NCBI GenBank assembly: GCA_016702305.1
Contig: JADJEH010000001.1
Coordinates: 508,368-572,367, forward strand
Length of the DNA stretch: 64,000 nucleotides
Direction: 5' to 3'
Origin: a bacterium
GTDB lineage: Bacteria > Electryoneota > RPQS01
Shown here: in pieces, positions 28,914-39,400 of the stretch
How the letters are laid out: each line of letters opens with the position of its first letter
Position numbering within the stretch: position 1 is the stretch's first letter
Made by a program: the position numbers and the translations under genes
Notes under the pieces: model-generated
What the model was told of the DNA's origin: nothing
What the model saw: the letters and a program-made list of their open reading frames with translations, nothing else
Database searches by the model: none

Positions 28914-30611
28914 ATGAGTTCGCGGCTACCGAATCTGCTGATCAGTAACGAACTGATCACGCAAGAGCAGTATCTCATCTTCAAGTCGCGCCAGAAGGAC
29001 TCCGGCAATTCTGTTGTGACCGAACTGACGAAGCTCGGGGTCATCAGCGAAGAACAGATTGCGCAGTTCATCAGCAGCTACTACAGTCTCGAGCTCGTGG
29101 ATCTCGAAAAGACCACCGTGCCCGAGGCCGTGCTGAAACTGTTGTCGAAGGACTTCATCCAGAAGTACCAGGTGCTGCCGCTGACGCGTTCGGGCAAGAC
29201 GCTGCGCGTCGCGCTGGTGGATCCCAGCATTGACTTCGTGCTCGAAGATATCAAATTCATCACGGGCTTCAACGTGCAGCCCGCGGTGTGCACTGAAACC
29301 CAGTTCCTGCGAGCGATTGAGCGTTACTACCAGATGGGCGGAACGCTCAACAAGATCCTCGCGGACATGGGCGACGACAGCAATGTTGAAGTCGTCTCGC
29401 AAAGCAACGACGCCGAGCTTGACCGGCTCAAGGAAGAAGGCGAGACCGCGCCGGTCGTCAAGCTCGTAGATGGCATACTAACCGACGCCGTCAACAAGCG
29501 CGCCTCGGACATCCACCTCGAACCCTACGAAAATCAATTCCGAGTCCGGTTCCGTATTGACGGTGTTCTCATAGAGGTCATGTCGCCGCCTTCGCACTTG
29601 AAAGCGGCGATTGTGTCGCGCATCAAGATCATGGCGAAGCTGAATATCGCCGAGCGCCGCGTGCCGCAAGACGGCCACATCAAAATGAAACTGGGCGACC
29701 GCGGCATTGACTTGCGCGTGTCGTCGCTGCCGACGCTCTTCGGCGAGAAGATCGTGATGCGTATTCTCGACAAGACGAATCTTACCCTTGACTTGAACGG
29801 ATTCGGCTTCAGCGAAAAGGCGCTCTCGGATTTCGAGCGAGCGATCCGCCTGCCGCACGGCTTGATTCTTGTTACCGGACCCACGGGATCGGGCAAGACC
29901 ACCACATTGTACAGCGTCCTTTCGAAGATAAACACGCCGACCGTCAACACGATGACGGCCGAGGATCCCGTTGAGTACAACTTCGCCGGATTGAATCAGG
30001 TACAGGTCAAGGACGACGTCGGTCTGACATTCGCGTCGGCGCTGAAATCGTTCCTGCGGCAGGACCCGGATATCATCATGATCGGCGAGATTCGTGATCT
30101 TGAAACCGGCTCGATTGCCGTGCGCGCCGCACTCACGGGCCACCTTGTGCTCTCCACGCTGCATACAAATTCAGCTTCCGCGACCATCACGCGTATGATT
30201 GACATGGGTATCGAGCGTTTTCTCGTGTCGTCGTCCGTGAATCTGGTGCTTGCGCAGCGATTGCTTCGTAAGATCTGCAAAAAGTGCAAAGTGCCGATTG
30301 ACGTGCATCCGGAGGCGTTGCGCGAAGTCGGGCTTGATCCCGAGCAACTCAAAGGCCACACCTTCTACCATGGCGCGGGCTGCGCGGAATGCAACGGCAG
30401 CGGGTACCGCGGACGAACGGGTATATATGAGGTGATGCCGATGTCCTCTAAAATCCGCGAAATGGTGCTTGATGGCAAAAACACGTATGAAATAGAGGCG
30501 CTTGCCGTGAAGGAAGGAATGTTGACGCTGCGCATGGATGCCTGCGAAAAATTCAAGAACGGCATCACGACTATCCAGGAAGTGCTGCGGATCACGGGCG
30601 AAGGACACTAA
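28914..30611 (+). CDS. pilB: type IV pilus assembly ATPase PilB (GspE family) with N-terminal GspE_N/MshEN-like domain and C-terminal zinc finger
   Basis: Start at MSSRLPNLL within ORF 28815; Walker A GPTGSGKTTTLYS, Asp box, Walker B, His box LSTLHTN, tetracysteine CKKC..x..CAEC; N-terminal ~140 aa T2SSE_N fold. Confidence 0.92.
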   Translation: MSSRLPNLLISNELITQEQYLIFKSRQKDSGNSVVTELTKLGVISEEQIAQFISSYYSLELVDLEKTTVPEAVLKLLSKDFIQKYQVLPLTRSGKTLRVALVDPSIDFVLEDIKFITGFNVQPAVCTETQFLRAIERYYQMGGTLNKILADMGDDSNVEVVSQSNDAELDRLKEEGETAPVVKLVDGILTDAVNKRASDIHLEPYENQFRVRFRIDGVLIEVMSPPSHLKAAIVSRIKIMAKLNIAERRVPQDGHIKMKLGDRGIDLRVSSLPTLFGEKIVMRILDKTNLTLDLNGFGFSEKALSDFERAIRLPHGLILVTGPTGSGKTTTLYSVLSKINTPTVNTMTAEDPVEYNFAGLNQVQVKDDVGLTFASALKSFLRQDPDIIMIGEIRDLETGSIAVRAALTGHLVLSTLHTNSASATITRMIDMGIERFLVSSSVNLVLAQRLLRKICKKCKVPIDVHPEALREVGLDPEQLKGHTFYHGAGCAECNGSGYRGRTGIYEVMPMSSKIREMVLDGKNTYEIEALAVKEGMLTLRMDACEKFKNGITTIQEVLRITGEGH

Positions 30612-30613
30612 TC

Positions 30614-31528
30614 ATGAGCACAAGGATCGGCCTCTACTTAGAGCGCCTTACGCTGGATGATCTGTTGTTCCTTGAGAGTGAGCTGGAGCGGCGCAAAGAA
30701 AAGTACCGGCGCCAGCATGTCGTGATGGCCGTCCAGAGCGAACAACGACTGCTGACGACACTGAAGCGTGATAAGCTGACGATCATCGCAAAGGAGATGC
30801 GCCGCTACGTGCATGAATGCGCCGTGGCCGGCAATGGCGTAGTCTTGGCGTTCTCGCCGGAATCGTCGCTCATGCTGTTTCGTGACGTAAAGAGCGCGGC
30901 TGCCACCGCCGCGCGGTTGCTCACGACGCTCGCCGATTTGAATGGCAGACTCAAAGCAGAAACATCCAGCATTGCTCTGAAGTTGGGAATGGCGACCGGA
31001 AGTGATGTACTGGCTGCGGGTTCGATGCGCTCGGTGCGACAGTCAGTGCTCGTTAAGCGCGCCGGGCATTGCGCGTGGAAGGCGCCGGCGGGAAGCATGC
31101 TGATGGACGAACACTGTGCGCAGCAATGGGAGCCGCGCAACGAGGCGCTGCGCTTACCCATGGAAGTTGACGGCATTACAATCTATCGCGCAAACCCGGC
31201 GGCGACCAACAATACCACGACCGGCGCGGATGACGACCGTCTAATCGCCTACCTGGATGCTGTGGTCAGTAAAGGCATTTCCACGTTGAAATACTTCCTG
31301 CTGCGTGAAGACACCGCCGATGACGCCGAAGCCTGGACGCAATCGAATGGGCGTGCTGTAATCACGCTCGAAGGATTTGATCCAAGCACCATGAAGAACT
31401 TGTCATTCACGACACGCTGCCCGTTGAATGACTACGCGAACAAGGTGGACGCCATACGCCGGCTAATCAGCGACCGCGGCTTAGGGCTTGTAAAACACGA
31501 AGAGTCAATGCCGATTATCGCGGCCTAA
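30614..31528 (+). CDS. hypothetical protein with a degenerate nucleotidyl-cyclase-like (class III cyclase/GGDEF fold) domain lacking catalytic Asp residues
   Basis: Begins 3 nt after the pilB stop and ends 12 nt before pilT; residues ~35-170 (VVMAV..GNGVVLAFSPESSLMLFRDVKSAAATAARLL..LKLGMATGSDVLAAGSMRSVRQSVLVKRAGHC..) follow the secondary-structure spacing of a cyclase homology domain but with metal-binding Asp positions replaced. Confidence 0.45.
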   Translation: MSTRIGLYLERLTLDDLLFLESELERRKEKYRRQHVVMAVQSEQRLLTTLKRDKLTIIAKEMRRYVHECAVAGNGVVLAFSPESSLMLFRDVKSAAATAARLLTTLADLNGRLKAETSSIALKLGMATGSDVLAAGSMRSVRQSVLVKRAGHCAWKAPAGSMLMDEHCAQQWEPRNEALRLPMEVDGITIYRANPAATNNTTTGADDDRLIAYLDAVVSKGISTLKYFLLREDTADDAEAWTQSNGRAVITLEGFDPSTMKNLSFTTRCPLNDYANKVDAIRRLISDRGLGLVKHEESMPIIAA

Positions 31529-31540
31529 TGAGGAGATAGA

Positions 31541-32653
31541 ATGTCCGCTAAACTTGACATACGTAAACTTCTGGAAGAGCTCATCGCGGCGCGGGGAAGC
31601 GACTTGCACATCGCCGTGAATAGTCCGCCGCGCGTGCGAGTTGACCAGCAGCTCGTACCGCTGAAGTACGATGCACTTTCACCGGATGACTGCCGCGTAT
31701 TGGCGTACAGCGTACTGACCGACAAGCAGCAGAAAAAGCTCGAGTTGGACTACGAAGTGGACTTTGCTTTCGGAATTGAAGGGTTGTCTCGTTTTCGCGG
31801 CAACATCTTCTTCCAGCGCGGCTCGTTGACGACGGTAATCCGCGCGATTCCGTTCACGATTCCGCAAATGGAGCAGCTTAGACTGCCGCGCATTTGCCAA
31901 GCGTTTCCGAATAAACCCAAGGGATTAGTGCTTGTCACCGGTCCGACAGGATCGGGAAAGTCCACGAGCCTGGCCGCCGTGATTGACCGCATTAACACCG
32001 AACGCCCCGTGCACATCATTACTATTGAAGATCCAGTTGAGTATGTGCATTCTCATAAGCGAGCGTTGGTCAATCAGCGCGAAGTCGGCGCAGATACGAA
32101 GAGCTTCGCAACCGCATTGAAGTTTGTGCTGCGCCAAGACCCGGACGTTATCCTCGTCGGTGAAATGCGCGACCAGGAAACGATTCAGGCGGCGCTTACC
32201 GCAGCGGAGACCGGGCACTTGGTGTTTGCGACATTGCACACCAATTCGGCGACCGAATCCGTCAACCGTATTATTGACGTGTTTCCACCACACCAGCAAG
32301 GGCAGGTGCGCGCACAGCTCTCCATGTCACTGGAGGCTGTCATGACGCAAAAACTAATACCCAAGAAATCCGGGCCTGGCGTTGTGTTGGCTGCGGAGGT
32401 GATGATCTTAACACCGGCAATTCGCGCGTTGATTCGCGAGAATAAGGTGCACGAAATGTACGGTTTGCTGCAAGTGTCGCAGAAATACGGAATGCAAACC
32501 CTGAACATGTCGTTATTCGATCTGGTTATGACCAAGCAAATCAGCCCAGAGCGCGCACTGATGGTGGCGAATGTGCCGGAAGAGTTGCAGCGCATGCTGG
32601 GATTGACTCCGCAGCCCGTGCAAGCTGGCGGATCACGCATTCAGCCGAAGTAA
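31541..32653 (+). CDS. pilT: twitching motility (pilus retraction) ATPase PilT
   Basis: LHI....PP..R..G, Walker A GPTGSGKSTSLAA, EDPVEY, LRQDPDVILVGEMRD, His box, 370 aa. Confidence 0.93.
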   Translation: MSAKLDIRKLLEELIAARGSDLHIAVNSPPRVRVDQQLVPLKYDALSPDDCRVLAYSVLTDKQQKKLELDYEVDFAFGIEGLSRFRGNIFFQRGSLTTVIRAIPFTIPQMEQLRLPRICQAFPNKPKGLVLVTGPTGSGKSTSLAAVIDRINTERPVHIITIEDPVEYVHSHKRALVNQREVGADTKSFATALKFVLRQDPDVILVGEMRDQETIQAALTAAETGHLVFATLHTNSATESVNRIIDVFPPHQQGQVRAQLSMSLEAVMTQKLIPKKSGPGVVLAAEVMILTPAIRALIRENKVHEMYGLLQVSQKYGMQTLNMSLFDLVMTKQISPERALMVANVPEELQRMLGLTPQPVQAGGSRIQPK

Positions 32654-32670
32654 ACAGGGAGACTTAGACC

Positions 32671-33873
32671 ATGCCAGTCTTTGTATATAATGGCCGTGGC
32701 GCAGGCGCCCGACCCGTGTCGGGTGAAATTGAGGCGTCTGACAAGCAGGAGGCTATGTCGAAACTGCGGCAGCGGCGCGTCGTCGTTCAAGACCTGCGCA
32801 GCAAGCCGAAAGATCTCAAAGTCGGTGGAATGGGCGGCGGCGTCGGGACGAAGGACCTCAAGATCTTCGCACGTTTGTTCGGCACGATGATCAATGCCGG
32901 CTTGCCGATCGATCAGTGCTTGCAAATCCTTGTGGACCAGATGCAAAACAAGAGATTCAGACGCACAATCGCTGAAGTGCATAATCAGGTCGCAGGCGGC
33001 GAATCGCTCTCAGAGGCGATGAGCAAGCACAAAGCGGTGTTCGACAACTTGTTTGTGCACATGGTTGCCGCAGGTGAAACGGGCGGCGCGTTGGCCATGG
33101 TTTTCAATCGTCTGGCAATTTATCTCGAAAAGGCGGATGCGCTAAAACGCAAAGTCAAAGGCGCGATGATCTATCCTGCCGTGATCGCATGCGTTGCCCT
33201 AAGCGCGACGATATTCCTGCTGATCAAGGTCATCCCGGTGTTTGCAGGAATGTTCAAAGATCTTGGCGCGGAATTGCCGAAGCCGACTCAATTCGTGCTG
33301 GCATTGTCAGACCTCGTGCAGAAGACATTTCTACCCGGCATGGGTGTTTTGATTATCGCGTTCTTTGTCTTTCGCAAGTGGCACAAAACTGCCAACGGCA
33401 AAGCGACGGTAGATAAGTTTCTATTGAAAACGCCGGTGATCGGCGGTGTGATCCGCAAAACGGCCGTCGCTCGATTCACGCGCACGCTCGGCGTGCTGAT
33501 CTCGTCGGGCGTTCCGATTCTACATGGGCTTGAGATCACGGCCAAGACGGCGGGTAACACGGTGATTCAAAAGGCGGTGGATCGAGTGCGCAAGGAAGTT
33601 AGCGAAGGTCGCAACATCACACAGCCGCTCATGGAGACCGCTGTCTTCCCGGCGATGGTGTGCCAGCTCATCGCTGTTGGTGAGCAGACCGGACGACTCG
33701 CGGAAATGCTTGAGAAGATCGCGGATTTTTATGACGAAGAAGTTGACGCCGCGGTCGCCGCGATGACGTCCTTGATCGAACCCGTTGTCATCGTGCTGAT
33801 GGGCGCGGTCATCGGCGGTATGCTTGTGTCCATGTACTTGCCGATGTTTGACATGATCGGCGCGATTAAGTAA
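32671..33873 (+). CDS. pilC: type IV pilus inner-membrane platform protein PilC (GspF family)
   Basis: Two T2SSF repeats (..MINAGLPIDQCL.. and ..LISSGVPILHGL..), 3 TM segments, 400 aa. Confidence 0.92.
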   Translation: MPVFVYNGRGAGARPVSGEIEASDKQEAMSKLRQRRVVVQDLRSKPKDLKVGGMGGGVGTKDLKIFARLFGTMINAGLPIDQCLQILVDQMQNKRFRRTIAEVHNQVAGGESLSEAMSKHKAVFDNLFVHMVAAGETGGALAMVFNRLAIYLEKADALKRKVKGAMIYPAVIACVALSATIFLLIKVIPVFAGMFKDLGAELPKPTQFVLALSDLVQKTFLPGMGVLIIAFFVFRKWHKTANGKATVDKFLLKTPVIGGVIRKTAVARFTRTLGVLISSGVPILHGLEITAKTAGNTVIQKAVDRVRKEVSEGRNITQPLMETAVFPAMVCQLIAVGEQTGRLAEMLEKIADFYDEEVDAAVAAMTSLIEPVVIVLMGAVIGGMLVSMYLPMFDMIGAIK

Positions 33874-33905
33874 ACCCAGAACTGCAGGACGCGGAGAATA
33901 CATAC

Positions 33906-35279
33906 ATGCTACGAGAGAAAATCCTGCTGGTGGATGACGAGCCCGGTCTGGCGTCATTCCTTGAAGAGGTCGTGCGAGAGGAAGGATTTCGGGTGCGTAA
34001 AGCGCAATCGGCGGCCGAGGCTCTGAGTGCGCTGGAGGAAGAGGCCTTCCAGCTCGTGATCACCGACTTGCGCATGCCGGAAGTTGACGGGCTTGAGCTG
34101 TTGCGCCGGGTGCGGGAGCGTGATCCGCAGCTCGGGGTTATCGTCATGACGGCCTTCGCCTCACTCGAGACGGCGGTGGAGGCCCTGCGGCTCGGCGCCA
34201 TGGACTACATCACAAAGCCGCTGCACGTTCAGGAGATTCAGGTCGTGCTGCGGAAGGCGGTTGAGAGCCTTGACCTCAAACGTGAGAATCGGCGGCTCAA
34301 GGCAAAGCTAAGTGAGGAGAGCGGAGAGCCTCGCATCGTGGGCAGTTCCATGGAGACGCGTTCGATGCTTGAGCTTGTGCGCCGAGTGGCGCCTTCGGAT
34401 TCGACCATTCTCATTACGGGAGAATCGGGAACCGGCAAGGAACTCATTGCACAGGTCCTGCATTTCTTTTCGGAACGGGCACGCGGTGAATTCGTGACTG
34501 TGAACTGCGCGGCGCTGCCGGATACCTTGCTGGAGAGTGAGCTATTCGGCCATCGGCGCGGCAGTTTCACCGGAGCGGTGCGCGACAAGGACGGCCTTTT
34601 TAAAGTCGCGAGCGGCGGAACGCTGTTTCTGGATGAAATCGGTGATATGTCGGCCGCGCTGCAAGTGAAGCTGTTGCGAGCCTTGCAAGAGCGTGAAGTG
34701 CTGCCGATTGGCGCGACGAAACCGGTGAAGATTGATGTGCGGGTCATTGCTGCTACAAATGCCGATCTCGAGCGCAAACAGCAAACGGGTGAGTTTCGGC
34801 CGGACCTATATTATAGGTTGTCGGTGATTCCCATTCATATTAAGCCGCTGCGCGAGCGCACGGGCGACATTCACGAGCTGGCAGCGTTCTTCCTGGAACG
34901 TGCGTGCAAGAAGGCGGGTGTGAGCACGCGCCGCTTCGCTCCCGAGACGATGCAGCGACTGATGCAGTATAAGTGGCCCGGCAACGTGCGTGAGCTGGAG
35001 AATACGATTGAGCGCTTGGTGATTTTGAGTGACCATGAAGTCATTGAGCCAGCGAGCCTGCCGGAGCGTTTGGGCGGCGGAGTCGCTGCCGCACCGTCGC
35101 AGCCGTATGCAAGCTCTGCAAGTCGTACACTTGATGATATGGAGCGGACCTACTTGCTGCAGGTGCTCGAAGAGTCCGGTTGGCAGAAAAAACGTGCTTC
35201 GGAGATTTTGGGAATTGATCCATCAACCATCTACCGCAAATTGCAACGTTACGGAATTAAGCCTCCGGCAGGTGTATGA
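33906..35279 (+). CDS. pilR: sigma-54-dependent response regulator (NtrC family; PilR-like)
   Basis: REC domain (LLVDDEPG..D..MP..DG), AAA+ sigma-54 activator domain with GESGTGKELIA and GAFTGA motif (GSFTGA), C-terminal Fis-type HTH. Confidence 0.9.
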   Translation: MLREKILLVDDEPGLASFLEEVVREEGFRVRKAQSAAEALSALEEEAFQLVITDLRMPEVDGLELLRRVRERDPQLGVIVMTAFASLETAVEALRLGAMDYITKPLHVQEIQVVLRKAVESLDLKRENRRLKAKLSEESGEPRIVGSSMETRSMLELVRRVAPSDSTILITGESGTGKELIAQVLHFFSERARGEFVTVNCAALPDTLLESELFGHRRGSFTGAVRDKDGLFKVASGGTLFLDEIGDMSAALQVKLLRALQEREVLPIGATKPVKIDVRVIAATNADLERKQQTGEFRPDLYYRLSVIPIHIKPLRERTGDIHELAAFFLERACKKAGVSTRRFAPETMQRLMQYKWPGNVRELENTIERLVILSDHEVIEPASLPERLGGGVAAAPSQPYASSASRTLDDMERTYLLQVLEESGWQKKRASEILGIDPSTIYRKLQRYGIKPPAGV

Positions 35280-35402
35280 TGTTGCGGCATTTGAACGCGA
35301 CCATTCGCGTATCGCTGGCTTAAATCAACACTTCGCATTGTGCAATGTGTCCGTATCAGTGTAAGTAAATGATAAATCTGATCCGCGTATCGGCGCCAAG
35401 TC

Positions 35403-35417
35403 TGGCACATGTGTTGC
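35403..35417 (+). promoter_or_regulatory. sigma-54 (-24/-12) promoter of pilA
   Basis: TGGCAC-atgtg-TTGCT, exact consensus, ~65 nt upstream of pilA ATG; matches the adjacent sigma-54 activator. Confidence 0.8.
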
Positions 35418-35483
35418 TCAATGGTAAGCTGAACGTGGAAGTATCACCAAGTGCCCATACACAAGAGAAGCTAGGAGACCACC

Positions 35484-35900
35484 ATGCTTAAGGCCATCCG
35501 TAACAAGAAGAACCAAAAGGGATTCACGCTCATCGAATTGTTGGTCGTGATCGTGATCATCGGCATTCTGGCCGCCGTGGCCGTGCCGCGATTCATGGGC
35601 GCGCAGGATCGCGCTCGCATTGGCGCCGCGCGTGCCGACCTTGACCTGTTCCGTCAGGCTCTCGGTATGTTCGAAATTGACAATGCCGACTATCCTGCCG
35701 CGTTAACGTTGGTCACCGCCGCGACCGTGCTGGTTGACCCGCAAGGCAACCCGTATATGTCACTGCCGACGGGCGACAACTTCGCGGCCTTCACGTACAC
35801 CTATGACGGTGCCGCGAACCCGACGTCGTACAGCATTGACGTTGAGTGCAACGACAACCAGGGGACCGTGTTGACGGCGACACCGGAAGGCATTCAGTAA
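35484..35900 (+). CDS. pilA: type IV major pilin PilA (prepilin with N-terminal methylation motif)
   Basis: [26 protein letters not shown] class III signal peptide with G(-1)F(+1)..E(+5); 138 aa; C-terminal Cys pair absent. Confidence 0.92.
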   Translation: MLKAIRNKKNQKGFTLIELLVVIVIIGILAAVAVPRFMGAQDRARIGAARADLDLFRQALGMFEIDNADYPAALTLVTAATVLVDPQGNPYMSLPTGDNFAAFTYTYDGAANPTSYSIDVECNDNQGTVLTATPEGIQ

Positions 35901-35917
35901 TCCCTGACAGCCTTGAA

Positions 35918-35956
35918 GAGAGACCCGCGGTCGTGAGACCGCGGGTTTCTCTTTTG
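35918..35956 (+). terminator. rho-independent terminator after pilA
   Basis: GAGAGACCCGCGGTC-gtga-GACCGCGGGTTTCTCTTTTG. Confidence 0.8.
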
Positions 35957-36092
35957 CAACATGCAAGAAATTGCTCGGCATTGACACGAAACTCGGCAAA
36001 AACTACGAAAGCCGTTGCGAGAACGACGGCGAAGCCGGAAAGGTCGGCCGCGAAGCATTTGAAAAATAGAGCTATACCCGGCAAGAGTTGCA

Positions 36093-36107
36093 TGGCACAT
36101 GCATTGC
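36093..36107 (+). promoter_or_regulatory. second consensus sigma-54 promoter, upstream of fis-like gene and giant Ig-repeat protein
   Basis: TGGCAC-atgca-TTGCA at 36093; sequence closely resembles the pilA promoter core (TGGCACATG.....TTGC). Confidence 0.75.
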
Positions 36108-36194
36108 ACTCGTAAGCTTGGGCTCGAATCGGATTTTCCCCGACCGTCGAGCCGAGCAAATTTTCAGTTCAGTCAATGAATAGGGTAGACGCTT

Positions 36195-36464
36195 TTGAAC
36201 GCATTAGCAACCCTCGGAGATACGTCGAATGATGTGAGTGCATCTGCTTGCGGTAGCGACCCGCAGGACCAGATGCAGATCTCATTGCCGTCGGAGACGG
36301 TGAGCATCAAACAGGCGCTGGCACGAGTCATTCCGGAAGTGGAGAGTGCGCTCATTAAACGCGCGCTCGAGCTGACAGGAAACAATCGAACCCGGGCCGC
36401 GAAGATTCTGGAGATTTCTCACCGCTCGCTACTCTACAAGCTCAAAAGTTACAATTGTGGATAA
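36195..36464 (+). CDS. small Fis-family DNA-binding protein (HTH_8)
   Basis: TTG start per ORF track (or internal ATG giving 63 aa); C-terminus ..IKRALELTGNNRTRAAKILEISHRSLLYKLKSY is a Fis/NtrC-type HTH. Confidence 0.6.
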   Translation: MNALATLGDTSNDVSASACGSDPQDQMQISLPSETVSIKQALARVIPEVESALIKRALELTGNNRTRAAKILEISHRSLLYKLKSYNCG

Positions 36465-36483
36465 AGTGCAAGGAGTGCATGTG

Positions 36484-39400
36484 ATGCAGCGCCGTTTGCC
36501 ATTCAGTTTCTGGTTGCCCATGGGCACGTTGCTCAGCGTTGCCCTGTGGTACGGTTGCGAACAGAAGGGAGATTTGAGTCCGGTGTCCTCTGCACGGGAC
36601 AATCTCGCTTTCATAGACACCATCATCATTGATCCGCCGGTTATTAGCCCATTGGGCACGGCGTGGATCGAAGCGCGTGTCGTTAACGAACAGCAGGAGC
36701 CCGCGGCCGGTGAAGATGTTCGCTTCACGGCGACGCGCGGAACGTTCGGCGAAGATGGACCTGACGTGACCATTCCCGCCGACAACTACGGCGTGGCCCG
36801 CACATTATATACGGCTCCCGCTGATACGGGCAACGTGTCCTTGCACATCGAGTTGGTCAGCATGCAGACGGCGCAATCGCGCTCGCTGCCAGTTCAAGTC
36901 GGTGCGGGATCGCAAGACGGCCTGTTAAGCGTAAGCGCTGACGAAGACACGCTGTTCGCGGACAACGGTGCTTCCACCACGCAGGTCCGGGCTCGAGTGC
37001 GCAATGCGCTGAATAACCCCATCGGCGGCGCGGAAGTTACCTTCTCGACGTCGCGCGGCGTGATTACTTCACCGAGCGTCACCGACGCGCAGACCGGCGC
37101 GGCCACCGCCACGCTAACGTCAACAGAAGCGATCGGGCGCGCCATGGTGGTTGCAACGTACAATGGAAATTCAGACACGGTCTACGTGGAATTCCTCGAA
37201 CCTTTCGAGGCTTCGGCGATTCACGTGAACACGTCCCTGTCATCGCTGACGGCGGGCATGGATTCGTCGGTCATTAGCGCGCGGGTCATTGGCGAAGACG
37301 GCCAAACACTGCGTACAAATGTCATGGTGACGTTTGCCGCCAACGCCGGATCGTTCACCGCACAGGCTGTGACAACGGTGAATGGTGTGGCGACGACGAC
37401 CTATCGCGCTCCAGTCACGGCCGGTCCGGTGACCATTGTAGCTTCAACCGGTACCGTTACGGGCGAAGCGGACGTTACCGTTAATCCCGGTGCGTTAGCG
37501 TCGTTGACACTGACAACGGGCGCCGACACCCTCGACGCTGACAATGCCAGCGAAACCATGGTCCGTGCACTCGCTCGTGACACCTACGGGAATCCCGCGC
37601 TGCCCGGAACCATTGTAGCGTTCAGCAGCGTCAATGGTTCGATTACCGAATCGGCATCCACCGACGCTTCCGGATACGCCAACGCGACGTTCCGCGCGGG
37701 CTTGAATTCAGGCAATGCCACAGTCACGGCGCTTAACGGCAGTATCGGCGGTAGTGCAGCAATCTACCTGCAGATGACCGAGGCCGAAGCTCTGAATATG
37801 ACGGTTACACCCCGCCAACTTGTGGCCGACGGCCAAAGCACTGCGATACTGCGTGCGCAAGTCCTTGACGGCGATAATCGCCCCGTGTCCAACGGAACGA
37901 TTGTTACTTTTACGTCGGAGCTCGGTCAGCTCGATGGCACAGGCGCCATTCATGATGGTGGAAAGCAGAGCCCGACTTGGAAGAATTCCGGTAACAGCGC
38001 CTTGGCGCGCACGCAAACTGCGCGGCTGCACGGCCACAACAAGGCCATGCGTGGCCCGGAACGTCGCGGCGATCCGGCCATGAGTGTTTTCAACGCTGTG
38101 ACGCAAGACGGCTATGCCGTGGCGACGCTGACGAGTTCTACGACGGCGGCCAACGACTTGATCTCGGCCGTGGTCAACGGGCTGACGGACGAAGAGACCG
38201 TTACATATAGTGCAGGAACGGCGGCGAGCGTGGAAGTGACCCCTGCGGATGCAGATTTGCCCGCGGACGGTGCATCGAGCACGCCGGTTGTCTGTCGCGT
38301 CTATGACGCTTTTGGTAATCCGCTGGGCGGCGGTGTCGCGATTGCCGTGACGAGCACGATCGGTACGCTGTTGCCGACGTCCGGCTTCACCAATGCGAGC
38401 GGCACGTTCACCACGAATTTGACGAGCGCGCGCCAGGTGGGTAACTGCGCGATCGTGGCCAATGCAGGCGCGGCGAGCGGCTATGCCGAAGTAGATTTCA
38501 CGGCACCGGAAGTCGCCGGACTGGTGCTTACCAGCACATCATCGTCCATTCTAGCGGATGGATACTCGTCAACGGTCGTCGTAGCGACGGTGCGTGACCA
38601 GCTCGGTCTCCCCGTCAGCGGACGCACTGTGGCCTGGTCCGCCGGCAATGGCATCGGCACACTGCAAGTGATTACCGGCGTCACCGACGCGAACGGCACG
38701 GTTAGCGCAGAGTTCTTCAGCGGTGCGTCAAACGTTGACGCGTCCCAAGTTGTGGATGCCGCTGCGGAAGGCGAAGAAGGATCCTACGCCATCACGATGC
38801 GCGGCGTTACCGTGCTCGTCAACGTGGAAGCGGACAATCTGCCCGCCAACGGCCAGGCGACTACTGACGTTCATGCAACGATACGTGAAACATCGAGCGG
38901 TTTGGCTGTGCCGAGCGCACCGGTCCGCTTCGCGACGACGAACGGCTCGATCGAGCAGTTCGCGGAGACGAACGAAAGCGGCGTGGCGACGGCTGTCTAT
39001 CAGGCGGGCAATGACGCAGGTGAGGTTCATATCAGCGCATCGTTTGGCGACACGCTTCGTGCACAGTCCATGATCACGCTGACGAACACCGACGCCGAAC
39101 AGATTGTCGTGACGATGGGCGATTCGGAACTATTAGCCAACGGTGAATCGTCCACGGAGGTCAGCGCATTCGTGACCGATGAGGGCGGCTATCCGGTGGA
39201 AAATGTCGAAGTCGTGTTCACGTCCGTTGCCAACGGTTCGTTCGAACCGGTGACGACCTTTACTGACGCTGCTGGCTTTGCGCGCTCTGAATTCATCGCC
39301 GTGGCGTCGGAGAACGATCTTGTCGCTCCGATTGACGTCGCCATCGAACGAAGCGCAATTCAGGATACCTTGACATTGCGCGGCGTGACTTTGCATGCGT

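Noticed and set aside
35846-36115. 89-aa + strand ORF overlapping the pilA 3' end and terminator
   Set aside because: Spans the pilA terminator hairpin and the sigma-54 promoter. Arg-rich low-complexity translation. No RBS.
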